The notes: generated by a model from the sequence alone, not told the origin. 56,855 nt of DNA from an uncultured Nitrospiraceae bacterium (GCA_947085205.1 CAMTVO010000043.1:1-56855), one strand, 5' to 3'. Shown: positions 39,785 to 49,742, counted from the first letter of the stretch. Numbers and translations are program-made.

Positions 39785-41605
39785 ATGAAGGTTAGATTTT
39801 CTCAAAGGCTCGGTACAAAGCTGTCTGTATTCCCGCTGATGGTTTTGCTGTTTGTTTTTATCGCAGGCGGCATCGCTTTTTATTTCTCAGGCTATGCGAA
39901 TTTTCTTAAGGACTCTCATAAGCCTCATCTTATAAACCTTCTGTCCGAAAAGCGTCTTGTTGCCGACTCGTGGTTTTCGTATTACAAGGGAGACATCGAA
40001 GGGCTTGCAAAACTCGGTATATTCGGGGAGAGCGCCGCAATACTGGCAAAGGATGCAGCAGGCATACAGAAAGGGGGGACAGCAAAAAACAGGAAGACGA
40101 AAGAGTCTGTTAAAGCTGCACAGCTTGGTATTTCGAGACTTCTTGAAGAAAAAGCGTCATCAGGAAAGTATAAGCTGCTCTCACTGCTTTCAGTTGATGG
40201 AAAGGTGATGTCAAGCAGCATGGCTGATATCGCAGGAGAGGATTGGTCGGACAAGCCGTTCTTAAAGGAAAAGGCGGACGGGCTGAAGTCGACAGTATTT
40301 ATAAGTTTTAATGCTGACAATACTATGGATTTTATAATGCCGGTTTCCGACAGCGAAGGAAATCTTATAGCCCTGCTTTACGCTTCGTTAAAGGCTGATG
40401 AGATGGCAGGTTTTTTAAGGCCGGAAAAGGGCTTGTACAAGACGGAAAAGATAGAAATGATAGACAGGGACGGCGATGTTATACTGACAAAAGAGGGGAG
40501 TCCCGTCAGGAAAGTCAGATACAATATTCCGAAGAATGCCCGTAATGCTGTAGAATATAAAGACGGAGTGTTTTTTTATGTTGCAGACCTCGAGCATGTT
40601 CCCTTCAGGCTGATAGGCACTGTCAGAAAGTCCGAAGTCTCAAAACCATTCGACATATTGTTAATAGGTTGTTTATCATTTGCCGGCTTAATAGTCCTGC
40701 TTGCCGTAATACAGAACACGTACTTCTCCAGGAAGCTGATTGTGAGGTCTGTTTCCAAGCTTGCCGGAGCTGCGAAGTCTGTTGCCGATGGGAATATGGA
40801 TGTCGCGCTCGGAAAAGACTACAGGGGAGAGCTTCTGGAACTGAAGAAGTCCTTCGAAAACATGATAGATGGATTGAAACAGAGAGAGAATGCCTTAAGG
40901 GAGAACATAAGGACAAAGGAAAAGTCGAGATTGAGGTCTGCTTTCTTCGGCAAGCTCTCTCAGGATATGAGGACTTCTTTGCAATTCATTGCAAACGGTG
41001 CACGCATTCTTCTTGACAGCAATGTTCAGCCGGATAGCAGGAGAACGCTTGAGGAGATTTTATACAATTCCAGAAGCCTTTTACAGATTATTGATGACAT
41101 GCTGGACGTTTCACGCCTCGAAGAAGGCAAGATAACTGTATCTCCGGAGGAATTCAATATGTGCGACCTTTTGAGAGAGCTCGAAGAGTCTGCAAGATTT
41201 CTCATAGGGACAAGGGAAATAGAACTGATTGTAGACTGTCAGGATATTTTTGAAAACAAGCCTGTTTATACCGACAGACAGCGTTTGAAGAAGATACTCG
41301 CACATCTCCTGAGTAATGCCATAAAATCCACGGAGGTCGGCACAGTAACGGTTTTGGCTTCTACTGCTATAAAGAAAGGTGTGGAATATCTTGAAATCTC
41401 TGTTGCAGATACTGGAGCTGGCATAGAGCCGGAAATGCTGGGCCGGATATTTGAAGAGTTCTCCGACTCTCCATCATCGCTCGGATTGTCTATATCAAAA
41501 AAGCTTATCGATGCCCTCGGCGGCAAAATAGAGATTGAAAGCACAGCGGGCAAAGGCTCTGTGTTTATTGTGACAATCCCTACAAAAGCCATTATTTATC
41601 AATAA
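39785..41605 (+). CDS. Membrane sensor histidine-kinase-like protein (Cache/HAMP/HisKA/HATPase) lacking the phospho-His
   Basis: Two TM helices, HAMP, H-box LSQDMRTSL, SNAIK, DTGAGI, degenerate G2 box. Confidence 0.8.
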   Translation: MKVRFSQRLGTKLSVFPLMVLLFVFIAGGIAFYFSGYANFLKDSHKPHLINLLSEKRLVADSWFSYYKGDIEGLAKLGIFGESAAILAKDAAGIQKGGTAKNRKTKESVKAAQLGISRLLEEKASSGKYKLLSLLSVDGKVMSSSMADIAGEDWSDKPFLKEKADGLKSTVFISFNADNTMDFIMPVSDSEGNLIALLYASLKADEMAGFLRPEKGLYKTEKIEMIDRDGDVILTKEGSPVRKVRYNIPKNARNAVEYKDGVFFYVADLEHVPFRLIGTVRKSEVSKPFDILLIGCLSFAGLIVLLAVIQNTYFSRKLIVRSVSKLAGAAKSVADGNMDVALGKDYRGELLELKKSFENMIDGLKQRENALRENIRTKEKSRLRSAFFGKLSQDMRTSLQFIANGARILLDSNVQPDSRRTLEEILYNSRSLLQIIDDMLDVSRLEEGKITVSPEEFNMCDLLRELEESARFLIGTREIELIVDCQDIFENKPVYTDRQRLKKILAHLLSNAIKSTEVGTVTVLASTAIKKGVEYLEISVADTGAGIEPEMLGRIFEEFSDSPSSLGLSISKKLIDALGGKIEIESTAGKGSVFIVTIPTKAIIYQ

Positions 41606-41734
41606 GAGCGTTTTGTTGAATAATGTCTTTGATTCTGTTATAATTAAAAACTTTGGGGAAGCAGCCCTGTCTTCATAAAATATTCATATGATGAGTTGTA
41701 ATTTAAATAAAATTAATAAGGGAAGGGATAGATA

Positions 41735-43177
41735 GTGAGCAATAAGAAAGAAAATCAGAGCATCGTTGATAGGATATGGAGCCTTTTCTCTTCGATAACA
41801 CTTGCCGTTGTAGTCTTTTCGATTATATCGATTACATCCATTGTCGGAACAATCATTGAACAGCAGGCAGAGCCGGAGCGTAATATAAAACTGCTTTCAA
41901 AGTTCTTCGGAGATGCCGCCCCTACCGTATTCAGGGCGCTTGATACCATCGGCTTTACCGATATGTATCACTCATGGTGGTTTGTCACCCTGCTGTTTGT
42001 TTTTGCAGCGAACCTGATTATCTGCTCTCTCGAGAGGCTTCCTAAAATCTGGAAGATGGTAAAGGACCCGATAAAGCCGCTTTCAGCAGATATTCTGAAT
42101 GCCATGCCTATCAAAAGGGATGCGATAGTAAAAGGAAAAATAGATGATGCAAAGTTGACGGTAGAATCTGCAATGAAGAATGTCGGCTTCAAGGCAGCAG
42201 TTCATCAGGACGAGGGCGGACTTCAGATTTATGCGGAAAAAGGAAGGCACAGCAGGCTCGGCGTATATGCAACACATTTCAGCATCATACTTATCCTAAT
42301 TGGAGCAGTGGTGGGAATATTTTTCGGATTCAATGCATCGTTGAATCTACTCGAAGGAACAACCTCTGCAGTAGCATATGCAAGAAACGGCAAGGATATT
42401 CCACTCGGATTTGAGATAGCCTGCAATGACTTTGAGACCTCTTTTTATGAAAATTCCGACACGCCGAAGTCGTACAAGAGCTGGCTTACAATAATCGAAA
42501 ACAACAAGCCTGTGAAAATAAAAGGCAAAGAGGTTATAGAGATAGATGTCAACAGCCCATTGAGATATAAAGGAATCACTTTTTATCAGTCAAGCTATGG
42601 GTTTTCGCCCACTAAAGACTCTCTGTTTAAGTTCAGCGTAATATCAAACGATGGCAAGAGGCAGGATGCTGAAGTTAAATTCGAAGAGGCTTTCACCATC
42701 CCAGGCACAAGCATAACCGGCAAGGTTTCTGATTTCACCCCGGCGCTCGGCATTGATGAGGCAGGAAGGCTGTTTACATACGCGGAGATGATGAACAACC
42801 CTGCGGTATTTGTCGAATTTACAGAGAACGGAAAACTTAAATACAAGCAGTGGATATTGAAGAGGTATCCCCAGACATGGAGGGTGCAAGACGGTATTGT
42901 CGAATTTAAAGACCTCTGGGGATCTCAATACACTGGGCTTCAGGTCAGGAAAGACCCGGGGGTCTGGATTGTATATCTCGGATGTCTCGTTATGAGTGTT
43001 GGACTATATGCAGCATTTTTCATGAGCCATGCGAGGATATGGGTCAGCCTTAAAGATGAAAAAAATAACACAAAGGTTACAATAGCCGCATCTGCAAACA
43101 AGAATAAGGCAGCATTCGAACAGAAGATAGATAAATTAATAAAGTCATTGAGTCAAGGGTCAGGAGTCAAGAGTTGA
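41735..43177 (+). CDS. resB: Cytochrome c biogenesis protein ResB/Ccs1
   Basis: GTIIEQ, YHSWWF..LL...NLIICS, THFSIILIL.G, VNSPL, YQSSY, DPGVWIVY. Confidence 0.92.
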   Translation: MSNKKENQSIVDRIWSLFSSITLAVVVFSIISITSIVGTIIEQQAEPERNIKLLSKFFGDAAPTVFRALDTIGFTDMYHSWWFVTLLFVFAANLIICSLERLPKIWKMVKDPIKPLSADILNAMPIKRDAIVKGKIDDAKLTVESAMKNVGFKAAVHQDEGGLQIYAEKGRHSRLGVYATHFSIILILIGAVVGIFFGFNASLNLLEGTTSAVAYARNGKDIPLGFEIACNDFETSFYENSDTPKSYKSWLTIIENNKPVKIKGKEVIEIDVNSPLRYKGITFYQSSYGFSPTKDSLFKFSVISNDGKRQDAEVKFEEAFTIPGTSITGKVSDFTPALGIDEAGRLFTYAEMMNNPAVFVEFTENGKLKYKQWILKRYPQTWRVQDGIVEFKDLWGSQYTGLQVRKDPGVWIVYLGCLVMSVGLYAAFFMSHARIWVSLKDEKNNTKVTIAASANKNKAAFEQKIDKLIKSLSQGSGVKS

Positions 43178-43209
43178 CTCTGGATTTAGGACTGAAAACG
43201 GAGGTTTAA

Positions 43210-44298
43210 ATGGACAGTTCCCAATTTTTCGGAATATCGAGCATTGCGTATATACTTGCAATGGTTGCGTATATAACATATCTTGCATTTAAGAACTCGA
43301 CGATAGGCATTATAGCTACAACCATAACATCCATAGGCTTTGTTTCTCAGACGATCGCATTTTTTATGAGAGGCAAGGAGTTTTACGATATAGGACAGTT
43401 AGGCAGCATAATGAGGGCAATACCGCTTACCAATCTTTACGAGTCATTGGTATTCTTTGTCTGGTGTCTGATATTGGGCTACCTCATCATTGAATGGAAA
43501 TATAAGAACCGCTCATTCGGCGCTTTCATTACTCCGATAGCAGGAATGGCGCTGGCATTTATAGACATATCAGGAATGTCAAAGGATATTCATCCCCTTA
43601 TCCCTGCGCTTCAGAGCAACTGGCTTTTGGTGCATGTAGTGTTGAGTTTTATAGCTTACGCAGCATTTGCAATAGCCTTTGCCACCGGCATAATGTATCT
43701 TGCTGTAACAACGGACAACAAAAAGAGCGGCGCATACATATTCTGGACTGTAACATCCGGCATATTTGCGGCAATACTTATTGCTATGGGCATAGACTTT
43801 CTTGCATTTAAGGTTGCTGCAAAATCTCCTGAGACATTTATCAAGAGTTACCTGTTTAAAGCCACGTTCAGGAGCGGCTCGGGTCTAGTAGTCCTTCTGA
43901 GCTATGCAGCAACAGCGGTTTTTGTATTTGCGGTCTGGAGATACGGCCATGCGCTTAAAAAATTAATCGAATCGGTTTCCATATCTAAAGACCTTTTAGA
44001 CGACCTGACATATAAAAACATAGCTATCGGTTTCCCTGTTTTCACACTTGGAGGGCTTATCTTCGGCGCAATCTGGGCTGATCAGGCATGGGGTAGATAC
44101 TGGAGCTGGGACCCGAAAGAGACATGGTCATTGATAACATGGTTTGTTTATGCCTTTTACCTCCATACCAGACTATTAAGAGGATGGAGGGGCAAGAAGA
44201 TAGCCATAGTTGCGGTCATTGGATTTATATCTACAATATTTACATATCTTGGCGTGAATCTCCTGCTTAGCGGATTACATGCGTATGGAGGAGTATAA
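43210..44298 (+). CDS. ccsA: Cytochrome c biogenesis protein CcsA/ResC
   Basis: LQSNWLLVHV, WADQAWGRYWSWDPKETW (WWD motif), GLHAY. Confidence 0.94.
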   Translation: MDSSQFFGISSIAYILAMVAYITYLAFKNSTIGIIATTITSIGFVSQTIAFFMRGKEFYDIGQLGSIMRAIPLTNLYESLVFFVWCLILGYLIIEWKYKNRSFGAFITPIAGMALAFIDISGMSKDIHPLIPALQSNWLLVHVVLSFIAYAAFAIAFATGIMYLAVTTDNKKSGAYIFWTVTSGIFAAILIAMGIDFLAFKVAAKSPETFIKSYLFKATFRSGSGLVVLLSYAATAVFVFAVWRYGHALKKLIESVSISKDLLDDLTYKNIAIGFPVFTLGGLIFGAIWADQAWGRYWSWDPKETWSLITWFVYAFYLHTRLLRGWRGKKIAIVAVIGFISTIFTYLGVNLLLSGLHAYGGV

Positions 44299-45382
44299 AA
44301 ACCGTAATGCGTTAAGCGTAATGAGTAATGCGTTAAAAGAAAAAACAAATTCCAGAAACTCATCACTGCTTTTGGGTATTGATACCTCTTGCGATGATAC
44401 ATCCGCTGCTGTGGTTGTTAACGGAGAACGAATTCTCTCCAATGTCGTTTCTTCGCAGTCCGACATCCATAAAAAATACGGCGGCATAGTGCCTGAACTG
44501 GCATCCAGAAGGCATATCGAGATGATATGGCCTGTTGTGGATGAGGCATTAAACAATGCCGGAGTTGCACTCGATGATATTGATGCCGTTGCCGTCTGCT
44601 ACGGACCCGGACTGATAGGCTCTCTGCTTGTCGGATGCGGCTTTGCAAAATCTATTGCATACGCCAAAAAAATCCCTATTGTTGCTGTGAATCATCTCGA
44701 AGGGCATATCTTCTCCACATTCCTTGAAGGCAGGCCTGAGTTCCCTTTCTTATCATTGATAGCATCCGGTGGTCATACAAACCTTTATATAGTGAACGGC
44801 TTTGGACAGTATATAGAACTCGGCAGGACAAGAGACGACGCGGCAGGAGAGGCGTACGATAAAGTGTCTAAACTTTTAGGCCTCGGTTATCCAGGAGGGC
44901 CTGTGATAGACAGACTGGCCAAAGAAGGAGACCCCAAGGCCTTTGACTTTCCGAGGGCATATGTGCCTGAATCCTTTGATTTCAGCTTCAGCGGGTTGAA
45001 GACTGCTGTTAAGCTGAAAGTCGGCAGTTGGCAGTCGGCAGCCAAAAACTCTGAACTCCAAACTCTTAACTCTAAACTCATTAATGATATTGCTGCATCT
45101 TTTCAGGCTGCTGTTGTTGATGTTCTTGTAAGGAAAGTGGAATGGGCGATAGTGAAAAAGGGAATAAAAAGGGTTACCCTTTCCGGCGGTGTTTCTGCAA
45201 ACAGCGAATTGAGGAGGCGGTTTAAGGAGATGGTAGAGGAAAGAGGGCTTGAGTTGTTCCTGCCTTCCGTCTCTTTATGTACAGACAACGCAGCCATGAT
45301 AGCCGCAGCAGGGTATCATCACTTCAAAGCTGGAAATATTGTTGGCATTGATTTAAATCCAAAGGCGCATCTGCCGTTGTGA
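44279..45382 (+). CDS. tsaD: tRNA N6-threonylcarbamoyladenosine synthase TsaD; start uncertain (44279/44285/44321)
   Basis: LGIDTSCDDT, GGIVPELASRRH, NHLEGH, SGGHT, DDAAGEAYDK, CTDNAAMI. Confidence 0.95.
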   Translation: MRMEEYKNRNALSVMSNALKEKTNSRNSSLLLGIDTSCDDTSAAVVVNGERILSNVVSSQSDIHKKYGGIVPELASRRHIEMIWPVVDEALNNAGVALDDIDAVAVCYGPGLIGSLLVGCGFAKSIAYAKKIPIVAVNHLEGHIFSTFLEGRPEFPFLSLIASGGHTNLYIVNGFGQYIELGRTRDDAAGEAYDKVSKLLGLGYPGGPVIDRLAKEGDPKAFDFPRAYVPESFDFSFSGLKTAVKLKVGSWQSAAKNSELQTLNSKLINDIAASFQAAVVDVLVRKVEWAIVKKGIKRVTLSGGVSANSELRRRFKEMVEERGLELFLPSVSLCTDNAAMIAAAGYHHFKAGNIVGIDLNPKAHLPL

Positions 45383-45418
45383 TGCCAATCCTTGTTTTAG
45401 CGGAGGTCTCCTGTTTCT
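45382..45418 (-). CRISPR. Single degenerate CRISPR-repeat-like sequence (no array)
   Basis: Minus strand ...GACCTCCGCTAAAACAAGGATTG resembles repeats ending CCACTAAAACAAGGATTGAAAC; next to a Cas1-like fragment. Confidence 0.35.
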
Positions 45419-45434
45419 TTCACGGAATCTGAAA

Positions 45435-45560
45435 TTATCTTTCTACTTCCCCTTCGATTCCACGCAAAATATCCAACGTCAATTCCGGGTTCAATCTTCT
45501 CAAGTAATGAGCAAGTCTTTGCGAAGCCTCTGAAATCGCATCCGCCTCGCCTTCCTTTGA
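45435..45560 (-). pseudogene. Short Cas1-like fragment
   Basis: Manual translation EGEADAISEASQRLAHYLRRLNPELTLDILRGIEGEVER*; LRGIEGE is the Cas1 catalytic-Glu motif. Confidence 0.45.
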
Positions 45561-45852
45561 AAAATAGAAAGAGGAATCGGGGACGGTTCCATTTTTATCA
45601 TTCAAAAAATGCATTTCATTCCTTTGTCCTCCTAACTCTATAATCTATCCATGCAGATATCACTTTCGCGTCAAGGAGGGGATTCTTGGCGCCTTTTGAA
45701 GCAAGGTCGTAAATTTTCCCGCCGAGAGATGTGAAATTTGAATGCACTTTTTGTTTAAGCTCAAAGATTTTGTATCTCCTTTTTCCTTCCTCTGCAAATT
45801 TCTCTGCCTCAGCAGTGAACCCTTACAATCTTTTTGCCGGCAGCATAAATTA

Positions 45853-46668
45853 TTATTGCTGTTGTTGCTGCTGCTGACGGTATAAAACCATATACTCCTT
45901 TTCGAGGTCTTCATGCTGTTTTTGCATCTCGTCCAACAGCTTGGTCTTCTCCTCAACGACATGCTCAAAGTCTTTGAGTTTTTCAACCAGATACTCTTTC
46001 TCCTTTACGATTTCGGCATACCTGCCTTCATCAATCATTGAGGTTTGTTCAGCCTCCTCCCAAATCTGCTTTAACTCCTCTTCCCACCTCCTGAACTTCT
46101 CAGCAAGGGTCTCGTTCTCATTTTCAAGTATCTCCATATAAGAATTCAGTTCGTTATTATTGCTCTCAAATGCCTCCAGAGCATCCGCAAGGCCTTTATT
46201 TTCAGGGGTTTCTCCCAACAGCTTGACAAATCTTTCCTTGAGGTTCAGATAACTGTCCTGCACGGCATTCAGTTTTTTGTGGGCTCCTTCAAGGATGTCC
46301 TTGTAACACATAAGGTCTATTATCTTACCCTTCTGGAAATTTATTATATGCTGCAGCTTGTTAATCTTGCCTGCTAAAGAACCCTCATCAACCGCCTCGC
46401 CTTTGTCTGAAGCAGGCACAGGCTCTGCAAAAGGCTCCGGAGCAGGCTGCTCCTGTTTCGGCTGCTCCTGCTGAGGCTCCTCTACTCTTGGGCTTTCAAA
46501 CATCTCAGTTTTTGCGCTGCTTTTCATATCTGTGAGCTCTTTCAGGGTTTTCTGATAGAGTTTCTTATGTTTTTTATTTCTCAGAAACAGATATATCGTA
46601 GATACAAGCAGTATAAGCGAAAACTCGCCGAGCAGAAGAAGATAAAGCGCATCAATGCTTATCGTCAT
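45853..46668 (-). CDS. Membrane-anchored coiled-coil hypothetical protein
   Basis: N-terminal TM helix, Pro/Glu linker, long heptad region, poly-Q tail; coupled to the vWA gene. Confidence 0.7.
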   Translation of the reverse strand: MTISIDALYLLLLGEFSLILLVSTIYLFLRNKKHKKLYQKTLKELTDMKSSAKTEMFESPRVEEPQQEQPKQEQPAPEPFAEPVPASDKGEAVDEGSLAGKINKLQHIINFQKGKIIDLMCYKDILEGAHKKLNAVQDSYLNLKERFVKLLGETPENKGLADALEAFESNNNELNSYMEILENENETLAEKFRRWEEELKQIWEEAEQTSMIDEGRYAEIVKEKEYLVEKLKDFEHVVEEKTKLLDEMQKQHEDLEKEYMVLYRQQQQQQQ

Positions 46669-46671
46669 TTT

Positions 46672-48186
46672 TTAGTTCCTTTCTTTTTTGACTTTTTTCG
46701 CCTTAGATCCGGCGGCTATCTTTCTTGCAAGGAGTATTATAACAACAGCAAACAGCAACGATGAATTTATTATGCCGAATTTAATCAGCACGGAACTCCA
46801 AGAGTAATCGTTCTTCTTTTTCGTATCCTTACCCTCAGGGGCTTTCTTCTCGACCTTCTGCGGAGGCGGCTCAACCACCTTAAACTGCAAGACCTTCTCC
46901 CTCTTAAATGTCTTTCCTTCGGCAACTATCTTGATTGTATATTCGCCTGTATTATTTACAGCCAATCCTGCCGAATATTTTCCGTCTCCCTGCCTGTCGT
47001 CTTCTGATTTTTCGCTGTCAAAAAGATCGAGCCTTGCCGCTTTTCCGTCAGGAGTAGAAACTTCAGCTAAAAATGATACCTGTTCGAGAAATTCCTTTTC
47101 TGTCAACACGCCCCCTTCTCTTTCGAGCCATGCATCAATTTTTATGGAGTCTCCTTTATTTACAAAGCCCTTGTCAAAAGAGCTTTTCAGACTGAGGTTC
47201 GTTATTACAAACACCTTATTCCCCTCTTTTGTACTGAGCTTAACCTTCCATTTGCCCTGAGCAGGCTCCTTAATCGTAATCATGTCGAATGCCTTTGATT
47301 CATACCACTGTATGTTCTTGCCGTATTTCACAGGAGTATGTTTTCCTTTTGAAGAGTCAATAATCGTGGTTGCTGTCCCCGGCTTCTTGCTGATAAGCAG
47401 TATCGCCTCGTTTATATCCTTGTCTATGTCGAATGTATCTCCTTCTAACGGTATGGTATCAGGTGATTTAATCTTTTCAAAGATCGATGCAAATATAACA
47501 TGGAGGTCTTTGTCCTCTTTTGCAAGCCTGAAAAAACCTCCTGTCTCCTTTGCCATGTCTTCAAGGAGCTTAACATCGGACATTTCTGTAAAGGCTATAG
47601 AGTAAAGTTTTATGCCAGATTTTGCGACCTCCGGCAGAACTTTCGACAGTTCTGCAAATGCCGCATCGTCCTTTTCCTTTGAGCCGAGCGCAAGCTTGCC
47701 GTCGGACATAAGGATAAGAATCCTGTTTTTCCTCTCGGATGATTTAAGCGCATCAAATCCTGTTTTTACGGCATCGGTAATATTTGTCGAAAATTCCTTT
47801 GAGGTTACTTTATTTACTGCACTGAAGAGCTTGTCGCGATTCTTCTTTGTATTCTCTGTGAGAGGCATCAATACCTTTGCTAAATCGCCGAAGCTGATAA
47901 TGCCTATTCTGTCGCTTTCTGCAAGGAGCGATATAAAAAGTTTAGCAGCGGGCTTTCTGTAACTCTGAGGGTCTGTCTTTTTCATGCTGCCCGAGCTGTC
48001 CATCAAAATGACAATATCAAAGCCTTCTTTGTCTTTCTGAGCGGGCTGGGCAGCGGCCTTTTGCTCATTCTGAGGGGCAGGAGCAGGGGGGACATTCTTC
48101 TCACCAATGGCATTGCCTGCATTCAATACAGTCGATAAAAAGAATGCTGTCAGTAAAACAGAAATCAGCGCATATTGCTTTTTCAT
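46672..48186 (-). CDS. Exported vWA-domain protein with a C-terminal TM anchor
   Basis: Signal peptide, MIDAS DSSGS...T...SDG, DGKYSA motif, C-terminal TM and basic tail. Confidence 0.85.
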   Translation of the reverse strand: MKKQYALISVLLTAFFLSTVLNAGNAIGEKNVPPAPAPQNEQKAAAQPAQKDKEGFDIVILMDSSGSMKKTDPQSYRKPAAKLFISLLAESDRIGIISFGDLAKVLMPLTENTKKNRDKLFSAVNKVTSKEFSTNITDAVKTGFDALKSSERKNRILILMSDGKLALGSKEKDDAAFAELSKVLPEVAKSGIKLYSIAFTEMSDVKLLEDMAKETGGFFRLAKEDKDLHVIFASIFEKIKSPDTIPLEGDTFDIDKDINEAILLISKKPGTATTIIDSSKGKHTPVKYGKNIQWYESKAFDMITIKEPAQGKWKVKLSTKEGNKVFVITNLSLKSSFDKGFVNKGDSIKIDAWLEREGGVLTEKEFLEQVSFLAEVSTPDGKAARLDLFDSEKSEDDRQGDGKYSAGLAVNNTGEYTIKIVAEGKTFKREKVLQFKVVEPPPQKVEKKAPEGKDTKKKNDYSWSSVLIKFGIINSSLLFAVVIILLARKIAAGSKAKKVKKERN

Positions 48187-48235
48187 AATTACTATTTTTA
48201 TCGGAATTTTTATATAGAACTATAGCATAAATAGC

Positions 48236-48430
48236 GTCAAAGTGTCAGTGCATACCTGTGGCAGTTGGATTTCAGCAAGCTTGTACGGGTGGTCTTGAAA
48301 GGCAAAGTAACGACCTTGCCGCCCTTCGCGCTGATTATGACGACTATAACCAAATATAACGGTAACACTTATGCTAAATGTAGTTTCAAGATTGCTGAAA
48401 GATAACTGCCACAGGTAACTACACTCTGAC
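48236..48430 (-). ncRNA. Candidate 195-nt structured RNA immediately 3' of tRNA-Ser (family unassigned)
   Basis: Terminal arms pair in three blocks (9/10, 14/14, 13/14); mismatches in the outer block and inner hairpins are G-U on the minus strand. Confidence 0.55.
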
Positions 48431-48432
48431 AA

Positions 48433-48522
<90 letters not shown>

Positions 48523-48626
48523 ATAACGACAGTTATCGGTGAATAGTGAATAGTTTTTAGTTTAAAACAAAACAATATAATTAAGGAATACCATAAAATA
48601 GCGTCTGAAGCGAAAGTCAGTCCTGC

Positions 48627-49076
48627 TTATCTACGATTTTTAAAAAATCTCCTCAGCAGCGCTGCACACTCATCCTCCAAGACTCCGGATACAACCTCGA
48701 CCTGATGATTAAGCCTACTGTCAGAAAGGATTTGATAAAGGCTGTGAACCGCTCCGCCCTTTACATCACCGCATCCGTAAACGAGCCTGCCCAGCCTCGC
48801 ATTAACCATAGCGCCCGCGCACATTATGCATGGCTCTTTTGTGACATACAGGGTTGTGTCGGACAGTCTCCAGTTTTTAATCTTTCGGGCAGCTTCCCTC
48901 ATAGCAATTATTTCTGCGTGGGCAGTCGGGTCAAAAATCGACTCCCGCGTGTTATGAGCAGTTGTTATAACTTCGCCGTTTATTACAAGCACAGCGCCGA
49001 CCGGAACCTCTCCTTCATCGAATGCGGTTTCCGCCCCCTTGAGGGCAAGCCTCATAAAATGGATATCTGCGGCCAT
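48627..49076 (-). CDS. tadA: tRNA adenosine(34) deaminase
   Basis: GEVPVGAV, DPTAHAE, EPCIMCAGA. Confidence 0.94.
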   Translation of the reverse strand: MAADIHFMRLALKGAETAFDEGEVPVGAVLVINGEVITTAHNTRESIFDPTAHAEIIAMREAARKIKNWRLSDTTLYVTKEPCIMCAGAMVNARLGRLVYGCGDVKGGAVHSLYQILSDSRLNHQVEVVSGVLEDECAALLRRFFKNRR

Positions 49077-49087
49077 CTTTTTATCAA

Positions 49088-49435
49088 CTAACTCTCTACC
49101 TCAAGTTCTGATAACTCCACTCCGTTTCCTGATTTTATTATGACTGCTTCACTTTCACAATATGGACACTGGAAAACAAAATCTCTATTCACATTGAACT
49201 CGCTGTCACAGGTCTTACAGCAGCCGGTTGTCAGTGTTTCTACAATCGTAAGAGATGCCTCGCTTGCGACACTTCCTGCCTTTAACGCATCAAAGGCAAA
49301 AATTAAGGCCTCGGTTGATACTACCGAGGCCTTTCCAATATTAACCTTTATGTTTTTAATCCTGCTAAAGCCGCTGTCTTTGCATTTCCAAACGGCTGTT
49401 TCAAGGAGACTTTCGGCTATGTAAACTTCATGCAT
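49088..49435 (-). CDS. hypA: Hydrogenase nickel metallochaperone HypA
   Basis: MHE N-terminus, two CxxC motifs. Confidence 0.9.
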   Translation of the reverse strand: MHEVYIAESLLETAVWKCKDSGFSRIKNIKVNIGKASVVSTEALIFAFDALKAGSVASEASLTIVETLTTGCCKTCDSEFNVNRDFVFQCPYCESEAVIIKSGNGVELSELEVES

Positions 49436-49438
49436 ACC

Positions 49439-49741
49439 TTATTTATGCACTTCCTTTTCATAAGCCTCTTTGCCTGCCTCAAATGCCGCAGATATGGCTG
49501 ATTTCTTCTCTTCAACCGCATGTTTGCCCTTTTCAACTGTTGCCGTGAGCTTTTCCTTTGCCTCGCCAGCATAATCGGAAGCCTTTTCTTTCACATCATC
49601 GGTAAACTCACGTATCCTTTTCCTTGTCTCTGCCCCGGACTGCGGCGCAAGAAGCAATGCGAGTCCTGCCCCAACCATGCCGCCCAAAAGGAACGAAAGC
49701 AATACAGAACCTGCGTTGAAACCACCTTCTTCGTGTCCCAT
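49439..49741 (-). CDS. YtxH-domain protein
   Basis: FLLGGMVGAGLALLLAPQSGAETR. Confidence 0.88.
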   Translation of the reverse strand: MGHEEGGFNAGSVLLSFLLGGMVGAGLALLLAPQSGAETRKRIREFTDDVKEKASDYAGEAKEKLTATVEKGKHAVEEKKSAISAAFEAGKEAYEKEVHK

Positions 49742-49742
49742 T

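Noticed and set aside
48236..48430. SRP RNA, tmRNA or retron msr-msd
   Set aside because: No CAGG..GNRA..AGCAG helix-8 motif, no tag reading frame or tRNA-like ends, and no reverse transcriptase in the window
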